Shown here one piece after another: positions 1 to 9,328 of a DNA stretch of 64,000 nt. Where the stretch lies: the NCBI GenBank assembly GCA_050633305.1, contig JBOEGF010000009.1, positions 228,573-292,572 on the forward strand. Reading direction: 5' to 3'. This DNA is from Nannocystales bacterium (GTDB lineage Bacteria > Myxococcota_A > Polyangia > Nannocystales > Nannocystaceae). The number at the start of each line of letters is the position of its first letter. Within the stretch, counting starts at the first letter, position 1. The notes beneath the pieces were generated by a model. That model did not search any database. It was not told the DNA's origin and saw nothing but the letters and a program-made list of their open reading frames with translations. Made by a program: the position numbers and the translations under genes.

Positions 1-530
<530 letters not shown>

Positions 531-557
531 GAAGTTGCTTTGTCGAAGAGAGAGTGG

Positions 558-2510
558 CTACTCGCGCGGCTGAATGAGCTGGTAGTACCGACGCACGGCA
601 CGGCGTCTCGCGGCGGGAAGCGTTTCGTTGTCGATCGCGCTCTGCGCGAACCCACGGTAGTCGGTGTAGATGTCGCGGTAGGCCTCGGTGGCGAAGCCCT
701 TCTGGCTGGAGTCTCGGATGACTTCGGCTCGGGACACGCCCTTGCCCTCCTTGACCTTCACACGGACGGTCGTCTTGTTTGTTGCAAGTGCTCGGTCCTC
801 GCCGAGGGGATCCTGGCTTCCGTCGCCCATCCCGTCGCCCTGGCCTTGTCCTTCGCCCTGGCCTTGCCCTTCGCCCTGGCCCTGTCCTTCGCCCTCACCT
901 TGACCCTGGCCCTCACCTTGACCCTGGCCCTCGCCTTGACCCTGACCCTGACCCTGGCCGTCCCCTTCCATCATCATGTCCGGAGGACCGTCGCCGACCT
1001 GGCCTTCGACCAGAAGCGAGGATTTGCCTTGCTTGCCGCCTTTTCCGTCCTTGCCTTGCTTGCCCTGTTTGCCTTTTGCAGCCTTGGAGAAGCGCTTGAA
1101 CTGCTTACGGCGGCGGTTCTGCCCTTCGCCCTGCTTACCCGCGCGGCGAATGAACGACTTGGCCTCTTGGATGCCGTCGCGCGCCTGCTGGCTGCGACGC
1201 GCACCGCGGGCTTTCCGAGCGGCCTCGGAGGCTTGGCGCGATAGCTTCTGGGTGGAGCGCTTGCGCTGACCCGGCTTCTGTCCCTTGCGGGCGGCATCTT
1301 TGGCCTGGCGTCGAAGCTGGTCCAGGCGACGCTGGGCTTCCTGTTCACGCTTCTGCTGGCGACGCAGCTGCTCGACGCGCTTCTCGAGCTCTTTCTTTTT
1401 CTTGAGACGACGCTCTTCGTCCTCGGCGTCCTTCGGCTTGCGCTTCTTCTCCTTGCGAAGGCGGCGCTCGGCCTCGTCGAGGGCATCGTCGGTCTCTTTT
1501 CGCTGCTGTGCCTGTTTCTTGGCGGCCTTGTCGAGACGGCGCTGCACCTCCTCCATTGCCTTGCGGAGCGCTTCGTCGGTCTCTTTTCCGCCGGCCTCGG
1601 CCGCCTCGGCTGCTTCGGCCATGGCGTCTTCGGCCTCTTGCGGCGTCTTCTGCTCGAACGCGTCGCCGGCCTTCTCGGTGATCTCGTGTTCTTGCAGGGC
1701 GTCGGCGAGCTCGCGAACCGTGTCGGCCAACATGCCTGGGTCTTCGTCGAGGTTGATCTCGAGCTTCTGCTCGGCTTCGGCCAACGCCTCCTCGAGCTTC
1801 TCCAGCTCGGCCAGCGCCTCGGCGCGGTCCATCGTGCCTTCTTCGAGCGCGTCGAGAATCTCGAGCATGCGCTTGGCGATCGCGGCGACCTCGTCTTTGT
1901 CTTCGGTGAGCGCTTGGAGGTTCTGGCGCAGCGGCTCGGCCAGGGCCATGTCGACGCCAGCCTTCTCGCCCGCGACCGCGACCGCGGCTGGAATCACAGA
2001 CCACGATCCGACGTCGGCGGAGCGGGCTTGCGGGACCGGGATCAGCATCGCAACCCCGACCGCGATCAAGCCGACGCCGTCGATCCAACGCGGCCCGGGG
2101 ACGCTCAGCGGAACGACGGGGGCGGGATCGAGGCCCGCGGCCAAGCCATCTGCGTTGTCGGCGAACAACGTCGCCAACGCCGCGGTGCGGGGATCGTCGG
2201 TGGAGGGGGGAGCGGCGCGGAACTCGAGCGCAGACCCCAGTTGATCGCCGAGACCGTAGTGTTCGTCGACGCGGCGCGCGGTCTTGCGGAGCGAGCGGGG
2301 TCGCAGCATCGCCCACGCCAGCAGCAGCGGAACCGGCAGGGCGCATGTCCAAAGGGTCGTCTGAGGCCACCCGAGCAAGCGGATGCCCAGCAGCGCGGCG
2401 GCTGCGATCCACAGCCCCGCCGGGAGCGCGATCTGGGCGAGGGCGACCGCCGCGTCCGCAAGCCGTTCACGGCGCTGCACCGCGCCCAACAAGCCGCGAA
2501 TGCCGCTCAC
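558..2510 (-). CDS. Membrane-anchored coiled-coil protein with Gly/Gln-rich tail (MoxR-operon partner, DUF4175-like architecture)
   Basis: The GTG start at 2510 overlaps the upstream TGA (GTGA). The protein has 2-3 N-terminal hydrophobic segments, a long E/K/Q/R coiled coil, (GQGQGE)n repeats and a C-terminal 'LPAARRRAVRRYY' of the type seen in MoxR-operon partners. Confidence 0.7.
   Translation of the reverse strand: MSGIRGLLGAVQRRERLADAAVALAQIALPAGLWIAAAALLGIRLLGWPQTTLWTCALPVPLLLAWAMLRPRSLRKTARRVDEHYGLGDQLGSALEFRAAPPSTDDPRTAALATLFADNADGLAAGLDPAPVVPLSVPGPRWIDGVGLIAVGVAMLIPVPQARSADVGSWSVIPAAVAVAGEKAGVDMALAEPLRQNLQALTEDKDEVAAIAKRMLEILDALEEGTMDRAEALAELEKLEEALAEAEQKLEINLDEDPGMLADTVRELADALQEHEITEKAGDAFEQKTPQEAEDAMAEAAEAAEAGGKETDEALRKAMEEVQRRLDKAAKKQAQQRKETDDALDEAERRLRKEKKRKPKDAEDEERRLKKKKELEKRVEQLRRQQKREQEAQRRLDQLRRQAKDAARKGQKPGQRKRSTQKLSRQASEAARKARGARRSQQARDGIQEAKSFIRRAGKQGEGQNRRRKQFKRFSKAAKGKQGKQGKDGKGGKQGKSSLLVEGQVGDGPPDMMMEGDGQGQGQGQGEGQGQGEGQGQGEGEGQGQGEGQGQGEGQGQGDGMGDGSQDPLGEDRALATNKTTVRVKVKEGKGVSRAEVIRDSSQKGFATEAYRDIYTDYRGFAQSAIDNETLPAARRRAVRRYYQLIQPRE
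838..958 (-). repeat. Imperfect coding tandem repeat encoding (GQGQGE)n
   Basis: Recurrent ccctggcc / ccttcg / ccttga units on the + strand translate to GQGQGQGQGEGQGQGEGQGQGEGEG on the minus strand. Confidence 0.85.
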
Positions 2511-3859
2511 CGTTGTCCTTTCTTCCGCGGATCCACGGTCAGGGCGGACCACAGCGCGGTCGTCAGGGCCTGCCGATCTGCGCCCTCGGGGATACCGGAC
2601 ACGAACACGACGGTATCGCGCTTGCGGGCGAGAAGCGTGCTGCCTTCGATGCGCTCGTCCGCGTACTTGCGCAGGCTCGCCTCGAGTTCGTCGGCATCGG
2701 GGCGGTCGTCCATGACGACGGCCAACGCGACAGACATCTGTCCACCTTCGCGCTCGAGGGCAACCAGGGTGTCGCCGCCCCAGCCTGCCGCCGAACGACG
2801 GGCGATCGGCGCCGACTCCACGTCGGCGAGCAGCGCGAGCCATTGGGCCTCGCCGAACTCGTCATGCCACACCACCGGTTTGTCGAACGCCTTGGAGACG
2901 GCGTCGTGGTCGAAGCGGATGCCGCGCGCGGGTTCGCGTGCCCGCAGCTTGTCCACGTGCATCATCTGCTCCGTCGTGGTCGGGGGGTCGTCGTAGAGCG
3001 CATCCACGCTCTTCCAGCCGTCCTGCACGACCATGCGAACGACCGTGGCGGCCCCTGCGGTGTACGGCAGATGCAAACCACGCGCGATCACTGGGGATTC
3101 GCTCATGATGCTGACCAACTCCAGGCTCTGGTTGATCGACGCCTCGAGCACGGCATCGTCGATCGCCTGCAGGCCGTCTTCGCCGGTCACCCAGGCGAAG
3201 TACGCCGCATTCGCTCCTCCTTCGATCAGGAACGTCTCGGCGCTGTCGAGGTCGGCGCGATGCGGCGTGGGCTTCATGCGGGGCTCGAGCTCGAAGTGCA
3301 TGTCCTGGAGGGCATGGGCGATTTCATGACCCACCGTCTGACTCAGGAGGTTGGTGGAGATGAAGTCACCGATGAACAGGGTCTTCTTCTTGGGGTCGTA
3401 AAACCCGAGCACGCCAGCATCGAGGATGTTGAGCAAGACCTGCTCCAGGCTCGCGTCTGGTGCGATGACGCCCAGACGGGCGCTGATCCTTCCCTGGAGG
3501 TCCATTTCCTCCGGGGTGATGTACTCGTGCATGTTCTCGATCGCGAACGCGCGAATGTCCGCTTTGTTGGTGACGGTGACTTCGACAGCCGATGTGGCCT
3601 CGAGGTTCCGAGCCGCGGCCACTGCGTCGAGAATTCGCGCGGCTTCTTCTTTGGCGCGCGCCTCGTCGATACCGCGCGTGCCCGCCGGCTCGGATTCGGT
3701 GGCCGCGTGGCCAGATGTCTTGGCGGGGCCGGTGGCCTCGACGGGCCCGGTGGGCGTCGCCGGCCCGGCGGAGGGGGCGCTGCATGCGGCGAGGGCGACG
3801 GCCATTGTTCCGAGGCTGGTCCGGACGCGCCGAGGGACACCGCTGACGGGCGCAATCAC
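2507..3859 (-). CDS. Lipoprotein, putative zinc metallopeptidase (HEXXH)
   Basis: Lipobox LAAC, GFYDP motif, HEIAHALQD zinc motif and a downstream IEG third-ligand motif. Start uncertain (GTG 3859 or ATG 3805). Confidence 0.75.
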   Translation of the reverse strand: MIAPVSGVPRRVRTSLGTMAVALAACSAPSAGPATPTGPVEATGPAKTSGHAATESEPAGTRGIDEARAKEEAARILDAVAAARNLEATSAVEVTVTNKADIRAFAIENMHEYITPEEMDLQGRISARLGVIAPDASLEQVLLNILDAGVLGFYDPKKKTLFIGDFISTNLLSQTVGHEIAHALQDMHFELEPRMKPTPHRADLDSAETFLIEGGANAAYFAWVTGEDGLQAIDDAVLEASINQSLELVSIMSESPVIARGLHLPYTAGAATVVRMVVQDGWKSVDALYDDPPTTTEQMMHVDKLRAREPARGIRFDHDAVSKAFDKPVVWHDEFGEAQWLALLADVESAPIARRSAAGWGGDTLVALEREGGQMSVALAVVMDDRPDADELEASLRKYADERIEGSTLLARKRDTVVFVSGIPEGADRQALTTALWSALTVDPRKKGQR

Positions 3860-4199
3860 CCGCTGAGCGTAGCAGGCCAGGGGTGCTGGCTCACGGTAGG
3901 AGACGCGGATTACAAGTGGTGGGCGGCTGAGCGCGCGACGTGACCCCTCCTGCCGCCGCTCCACGCTCCAGGCCCCGCAGCGGGGTTGTCGGGTGCCGCG
4001 CACTGGACCGGGGAGCGCACGGTTCGCGCCGGCAATTGCGTGACAAGGGATCAGCGGGGGATCCGACCGGCGATGGCCATCCCGATCGATCCCGACCGCG
4101 TCGGGCAAGCGGGCGACGCGTCCGCCCCTCGCCCGGAGCGACGCCGCGCGGGGGGGAGTCGGCCGTCCACGCTGGCGTCTTGTGCGACTCCGAGACTGC

Positions 4200-4562
4200 T
4201 CAACGATCGCCGAAGTCGATCGTGCCTTGGTCCACGTCGTCGAGGTGGGCCTTGCCCCACGTTGCCAAGGCTTCGATGGCGGGAAGCAGCGCCCACGCAG
4301 CCTCGGTCGGCATGTACTCCAGGCGTGGTGGGTTTTCCTGGTACGGCGCGGAACGGAGCAGTCCTGCGTCTTCCAGCTTCTTGAGCCTCCCTGCCAGGAC
4401 GTTCGTGGCGATGCGCTCGTCGGCTTCGAGGAGGCGCTTGAACCGGACCGAACCGTAGCGCAGCACGTCGCGCAGGATCACCAGCATCCAGCGGTCACCC
4501 ACGATGTCGAGGGTCGCGGCCAGGGGGCAGCGAGAGCGGCGATGGATTCGTGGACTTGCCAT
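4200..4562 (-). CDS. HxlR/DUF24-family winged-helix transcriptional regulator
   Basis: RCPLAATLDIVGDRWMLVILRD ... LAGRLKKLEDAGLL ... PPRLEY, with the N-terminal Cys typical of redox-sensing members. Confidence 0.93.
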   Translation of the reverse strand: MASPRIHRRSRCPLAATLDIVGDRWMLVILRDVLRYGSVRFKRLLEADERIATNVLAGRLKKLEDAGLLRSAPYQENPPRLEYMPTEAAWALLPAIEALATWGKAHLDDVDQGTIDFGDR

Positions 4563-4582
4563 GAGGACAGAGGAAAAATATA

Positions 4583-4639
4583 GACTTCTTACTTGCAAGT
4601 GACCAGTGTCGAAACTATGACTTGCGAATGACAAGTGAC
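4583..4639. promoter_or_regulatory. Two copies of GACTT-N9-AAGTGAC; candidate HxlR operators
   Basis: gACTTcttacttgcAAGTgac (4583-4603) and gACTTgcgaatgacAAGTgac (4619-4639) lie in the AT-richer gap between divergent genes. Confidence 0.6.
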
Positions 4640-4681
4640 TGGAACGAGGCAACTGGGTCTCTGACTGCCTTCCAGGGAACG

Positions 4682-5782
4682 ATGCGAGCCGCGGTCTTAC
4701 GGGCTCCAGGGGCGCCTCTCGCCGCCGAGGCGGTTCCCAAGCCGACGGTGCGTCGGGGAGAGCTCCTGGTACGCGTCCACGCGACCGCCGCGCTTCCGCA
4801 TCATCGGCTCGCCTTCGGTGCCCACGGCCCCTTTGCGCTTCCGTCCCTGCCTACGGTCGTCGGGTGGGACACTTGCGGCGCGGTCGCGGAGCTTGGGGAA
4901 GGGGTGACCGGATTCAGCCGCGGCGACCGGGTTTACCTGCAGCCGATCGTGACTTGCGGGCAGTGTGCCGGGTGCCGGCGTGGGGCGCCGTTGACTTGCG
5001 ACGGATTCATGTTGCTCGGCGGCTTTGGGCTCGGGCCCGACTCGGCTCAGATGCAACGCCGCCATGACGGCGGTGGGTTCGCCGAGTACGTCCGGGTACC
5101 TGCGGCCAATGCCGTGCCGCTCCCTGATTCGGTGAGCTTCGACGACGGCGTTCGAATCGGGTTCACTGGGGTCTCCTACCGGGCCCTTCGGCGAGGCGGT
5201 GTCTCGGTCGGCAAGACCGTGCTCATCGTCGGCGCGACCGGGAACCTCGGCGTCCCCGCGGTTGGACTTGCCGCGGCGCTGGGTGCCGACCGGGTGTTCG
5301 CCGTCGCGCGCAACGCCGAGCGACTGGCCGCACTGGAGGCTTGGGTCGACGACCCCAGGGTCGAGACGATCTCGGTCGCACCCGGTCAGCTCGCGCTCGA
5401 TCTGCAGATCGAGCAACGTACCGGAGGCCGCGGCGTCGACATTGTTGTCGACCTGCTTGACGCGTCGGGGGGCGCGGCTCCACGCGACGTCGAGGTCGGA
5501 CTTCGCTGCCTCGCGCCTGAGGGCACGGCAGTCCTCGTCGGGGCGATGTTCGAGCCGCTCAGCGTCGACTACATGGCACTCGTGACGCACGACCGGGCGC
5601 TGGTGGGCTCGCACGGGTACACCCCAGCGCAGATTCACGAACTCGTCGCGATGCTCGAAAGCGGGGCGTTTCGCCTGCCCCCCTTCGAGACCCGAGCGTT
5701 CCCGCTCTCCCAGGTCAATGAGGCCCTCGATGCGGTCTGTGCACGTCCGGGCGGTTTCACGAACGTGGTGGTGCACCCATGA
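4682..5782 (+). CDS. Medium-chain (MDR) alcohol dehydrogenase/reductase family oxidoreductase
   Basis: MRAAVL start, structural Zn motif CGQCAGCRRGAPLTC, GGFAEY, Rossmann GATGNLG. Alternative start at 4628. Confidence 0.9.
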   Translation: MRAAVLRAPGAPLAAEAVPKPTVRRGELLVRVHATAALPHHRLAFGAHGPFALPSLPTVVGWDTCGAVAELGEGVTGFSRGDRVYLQPIVTCGQCAGCRRGAPLTCDGFMLLGGFGLGPDSAQMQRRHDGGGFAEYVRVPAANAVPLPDSVSFDDGVRIGFTGVSYRALRRGGVSVGKTVLIVGATGNLGVPAVGLAAALGADRVFAVARNAERLAALEAWVDDPRVETISVAPGQLALDLQIEQRTGGRGVDIVVDLLDASGGAAPRDVEVGLRCLAPEGTAVLVGAMFEPLSVDYMALVTHDRALVGSHGYTPAQIHELVAMLESGAFRLPPFETRAFPLSQVNEALDAVCARPGGFTNVVVHP

Positions 5783-6447
5783 GCGCCCCCATCACGGTCT
5801 ACGCCTTCAGCGGTGCGCCGCGGCCTTGGCGGGTGCTGCTGGCTCTCGCGGTCAAACGCCTGCCGCACACGGTCCGCTGGCTGTCGGTCTCGAACCAGGA
5901 GCACCGCACAGCCCAAATGCTGCGTCTCAACCCGCGCGCCCGGCTCCCCGTGCTCGTGAACGGTGAGGATGTGGTGACCGAGTCCCTCGCGATCCTCGCG
6001 TACCTCGACGCGCTGGAGCCCGAGCCACCGCTGTGGGGCCGAACGCCTGCCCACACTGGCGCAGTTTGGCGGCAGGTGTTGGATGCGGACGAGTTCCTCC
6101 GGGACGCTGCAGACGCGTTCCTGAGTCTCGTGTTCCGCGGGTCCTCAGGGGATGAACCGGCGTTTCTCGAGGCGGCCGAAAACATGCTCGGGGAGTTGCA
6201 CCGACTGGAGACGAGGCTGCGGACGGGTCCGTTCGTGTGTGGTTCGGTGCTGACGGCGGCCGACCTCGTCGTGTTTCCCGAGGTGCGCCTCGTGGTTCGA
6301 GCCGCCGAGAAAAACCCTGCCGCAATGCGTGCCGTTGGCCTCGACGACCTTCGCGAACCCTTTCCCCTCCTGCACGCCTGGGTCGCTCAACTCGAGGGGA
6401 TCCCGGGCTACGCCGCTACCTTCCCGACCCACTGGAACCAGCCTTGA
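5779..6447 (+). CDS. Glutathione S-transferase family protein
   Basis: LNPRARLPVL ... ESLAILAYLD N-domain and G..LTAADL N-capping box. ATGA overlap with the upstream gene. Confidence 0.92.
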   Translation: MSAPITVYAFSGAPRPWRVLLALAVKRLPHTVRWLSVSNQEHRTAQMLRLNPRARLPVLVNGEDVVTESLAILAYLDALEPEPPLWGRTPAHTGAVWRQVLDADEFLRDAADAFLSLVFRGSSGDEPAFLEAAENMLGELHRLETRLRTGPFVCGSVLTAADLVVFPEVRLVVRAAEKNPAAMRAVGLDDLREPFPLLHAWVAQLEGIPGYAATFPTHWNQP

Positions 6448-7016
6448 TGAACCAAGCACCCATGCCGTTTTTCGACTTCCTGCCCGCCGAGGCCCACATC
6501 GGCCACCTGCTGTTCCACAACGTCTCCCGATTCGGCCACTTCCAGCGCTTTGCCCATGATGTGTTGCGGGGTCGATCGGAGCTCAGCACCGCCGAACGCG
6601 AACTCATCGCCGCGTACGTCTCGGGACTCAACGAATGCTCGTTCTGCTACGGCGTTCATCGAGAAACCGCGCGGAAGTACGGCGTCGATCCAGACCTGCT
6701 GGAGTCGCTCGTTGATGACGTCGAGCGCGCGCCGGTCTCGGCCAAGGACCGCGCGTTGTTCCGCTACATTCGCAAGCTCACCTTGGAGCCTGCCAAGGTG
6801 GTCGAGTCCGATGCACGCGCGGCCTTCCACGCAGGGGTCGAACAAAGCGCGCTCCATGACGCTGTCGTGATCTGCGGCGTCTTCAGCTGCTACAACCGAC
6901 TCCTCGACGGCCACGGGATCGGCGGGTCGCCGGAGGCGTTCACCGATGGGGCAGGGATGCTCTACCGATATGGCTACCGGATCCCTTGGTTTGCTCGTTT
7001 CTTTTTCAAACCCTGA
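6447..7016 (+). CDS. AhpD/carboxymuconolactone decarboxylase-like peroxidase-related protein
   Basis: LSTAERELIAAYVSGLNECSFCYGVH (CxxC..H). The ATG at 6447 overlaps the GST stop (TGATG). Confidence 0.88.
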   Translation: MNQAPMPFFDFLPAEAHIGHLLFHNVSRFGHFQRFAHDVLRGRSELSTAERELIAAYVSGLNECSFCYGVHRETARKYGVDPDLLESLVDDVERAPVSAKDRALFRYIRKLTLEPAKVVESDARAAFHAGVEQSALHDAVVICGVFSCYNRLLDGHGIGGSPEAFTDGAGMLYRYGYRIPWFARFFFKP

Positions 7017-7066
7017 GGACACGTGCCCGCGAGCTGCCGGGTCGCCTGGGTGTTAGAACTTCAGAC

Positions 7067-8269
7067 GTGGATCCTCGTGTTGCGGCTGCGGCCGAAGCCC
7101 TGACTCGCGGTGATCCGCTTGCGGCGCTCGACCGAGTCGCCCTCCGCGAGGATGCGATGGGACTTGCGCTACGGGGAACAGCGATGGCGCAGCTGGGGGA
7201 TTTCGTCTGTGCCCGCAAGCTGTTGCTCCGAGCACGTGAGGCCGGCGAAGGGGTGACGGCTGCCCGGTGCGAGGTCGCGCTGGCCGAGGTGGAGGTCGCG
7301 CTCCGAGAACTGACCGCCCAGAGCGAGCCGCTCGTTCGGGCTGCCGAAGCGCTTCGGCGGGCAGGGGATCATCACAATGCTGTGCTTGCCTCGCTGGTGC
7401 TGGCCCGTCGGTCGCTGCTGCTGGGTCGAGTTGAGGATGCTGCGGCCTGCTGCAGCGCGTTGGACCGTCGCACCGCTCCCCCGCGCTTGCGGGCGATCGC
7501 GGAGCTCGTGCTCGCCGAGGTGGAAGTCCGCCGGGTGCGGGCCGCCGACGCTCGCTTGGCTCTGGAACGGGCCGGCGAGGCGTTGTCCGCGGCGCCGATA
7601 CCAGGGTTGCAAGTCGAAGTGGAGCGGGCGCTGCACCGCCTCGAGCAGCCTGCCGCACGACTCGTCCAAGGAGGAGAAGAGTCCTGGGTCGATCTTCATG
7701 ATGTCGAGTCTCTCCGCGGTGCGGACGTGCTCGTGGTTGACGCGTGCCGACGCAGTGTTCGTGGGCCGGCCGGGGAAGTATCTCTGGCCCGTCGAGCGGT
7801 GCCGTTCGCCCTGCTTCAGGGCTTGGCACGCAGCTGGCCGCGACCCACGCCGCGCGAGGCCTTGATCCTCGATGTGTTTGGCGCCCGAAGGATTCAGGAG
7901 ACCGACCGCGTCAAGCTGCGGGTCGAGTTGGGGCGTTTGCGGGCCCTGATCGAGGACGTCGCAGGCGTGGAGCCGGAGGGAGAGGGGTACGTCTTGCGGC
8001 CGCGGGCGGGTGCGGTGGCGCTGCTTGTGCCGCCCTTCGATGGGCCCGGGGCCAGCGTCCGAGCACTTCTCGCCGACGGTGCCGCCTGGTCCACGGCGGC
8101 CCTGGCCGCGGCGCTGGGCGTCAGCGTTCGCACGGCGCAGCGCATGATCAAGAGTGTGGTCGAATCGGGCGCGGTCGCGGCGGTTGGGTTGGGGAAGGCG
8201 AGGCGTTGGGTGCTGATGCCGTCCATGGCTCTGCGGACCCCGTTGCTACTGCCTCGGCACGATGCTTGA
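7067..8269 (+). CDS. Putative transcriptional regulator (TPR-like N-terminus, OmpR-like wHTH and C-terminal HTH)
   Basis: GDPLAALDRVALR N-terminus, LRVELGRLRALI, WSTAALAAALGVSVRTAQR HTH. I recall this family lying next to glutamine-cyclotransferase-like and DUF899 genes. GTG start inferred. Confidence 0.75.
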   Translation: MDPRVAAAAEALTRGDPLAALDRVALREDAMGLALRGTAMAQLGDFVCARKLLLRAREAGEGVTAARCEVALAEVEVALRELTAQSEPLVRAAEALRRAGDHHNAVLASLVLARRSLLLGRVEDAAACCSALDRRTAPPRLRAIAELVLAEVEVRRVRAADARLALERAGEALSAAPIPGLQVEVERALHRLEQPAARLVQGGEESWVDLHDVESLRGADVLVVDACRRSVRGPAGEVSLARRAVPFALLQGLARSWPRPTPREALILDVFGARRIQETDRVKLRVELGRLRALIEDVAGVEPEGEGYVLRPRAGAVALLVPPFDGPGASVRALLADGAAWSTAALAAALGVSVRTAQRMIKSVVESGAVAAVGLGKARRWVLMPSMALRTPLLLPRHDA

Positions 8270-8340
8270 GCGGTCGTCCCAGCCGTTCGCGACACCGATG
8301 TTACTGCAGCGCTGGAATCCGGCTCTGGTATCGTGATGAC

Positions 8341-8970
8341 ATGGGGCGCGGCGTGAAAGTGCGAAACCGGTACGGCCCGTATGAGGACGCGCGGCATGTT
8401 GGGGGCGTGACGTACGACGGCACCGTGTTGTGGGCCGCGTGCGGCGACGAGCTGCGGGCGCTGGATCCAGACAGTGGCGAAGAAATCCGCCGTCTCCGGG
8501 TCCCTGCGGGCGCAGGCACAGCGTTCGACGGTCGCCATCTCTACCAGGTGGGCGCCGAGCAGATTCAGAAGATCGACCCGCACACCGGGGAGGTTGTCCT
8601 CTCGTATCCGGTGCCCGAAGGTGGGGTCGCGACCGGACTGACCTGGGCGGAGGGCTACCTGTGGTTGGGCCGATTCCGTGGGGGGACGATCCTCCAGCTG
8701 GATGCCGCGACCGGGGCCGTCGTGCGCACCATCAATGCTCCCGAGTTCGTCACGGGGGTCACGTGGGCCGAGGATGGACTGTGGCATGCGGTTGACCCTC
8801 CGGACCAGCCGCCCGCGTTGCGCCGCATCGACGCCGAGTCGGGGGACGTCCTCGAGTCGTTCGAACTCGACGCTGTCCCCGTCACCGGTCTGGCAGCCGC
8901 CCAGGGGCGTTTCTATTGCGGCGGGGGAAGAGACAAGCAGGTGCGCGAGCTGGTGCACGACGAGGGCTGA
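8341..8970 (+). CDS. Glutaminyl-cyclotransferase-like beta-propeller protein
   Basis: Repeated blades GVTYDG / GTAFDG / GLTWAEG / GVTW with DP.TG.V turns, and C-terminal FYCGGG. Confidence 0.75.
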   Translation: MGRGVKVRNRYGPYEDARHVGGVTYDGTVLWAACGDELRALDPDSGEEIRRLRVPAGAGTAFDGRHLYQVGAEQIQKIDPHTGEVVLSYPVPEGGVATGLTWAEGYLWLGRFRGGTILQLDAATGAVVRTINAPEFVTGVTWAEDGLWHAVDPPDQPPALRRIDAESGDVLESFELDAVPVTGLAAAQGRFYCGGGRDKQVRELVHDEG

Positions 8971-9021
8971 GCGTCGCCGTTGTTACTCCCCCGCGCGGCG
9001 CGAGCTCGCTAGAACCTCGGT

Positions 9022-9294
9022 GTGCCCGCCCGACTCCGACGCGTAGCCTCGTTCCCCTCGCTCGTCGCCGCAGTGGGGGCGGTCCTGCTCCCCAAGTGTC
9101 CGGCCTGTCTCGCGGCCTACCTTGCCGCGATGGGCCTGGGAGCGGGGACTGCGGGCGTGCTCGCATCCTTTGCAAGGCCGGGCTTGTTCGCCGTTGCCGG
9201 GGCGTCGATGGTGGCCTGGGTGGCCCTTCGGTTGCGTCGTCGGAACGCCGACAACCTTGTTACTCCCCGATGCTCGGTTCGCGACGCAGCATGA
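9022..9294 (+). CDS. Small membrane protein with PKCPAC motif
   Basis: Two to three hydrophobic stretches around LLPKCPACLAAY. It fills the gap in the operon. Confidence 0.6.
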   Translation: MPARLRRVASFPSLVAAVGAVLLPKCPACLAAYLAAMGLGAGTAGVLASFARPGLFAVAGASMVAWVALRLRRRNADNLVTPRCSVRDAA

Positions 9295-9328
9295 TGCCGC
9301 GCTCCGAAGCGGGAGCGTGGAGACACCG

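Noticed and set aside
838..958. Regular short repeats that could suggest a CRISPR array or VNTR (also about 24820-24920, 38584-38784 and 63487-63528)
   Set aside because: The units are multiples of three inside coding linkers (GQ, EP). There are no unique spacers and no cas genes.
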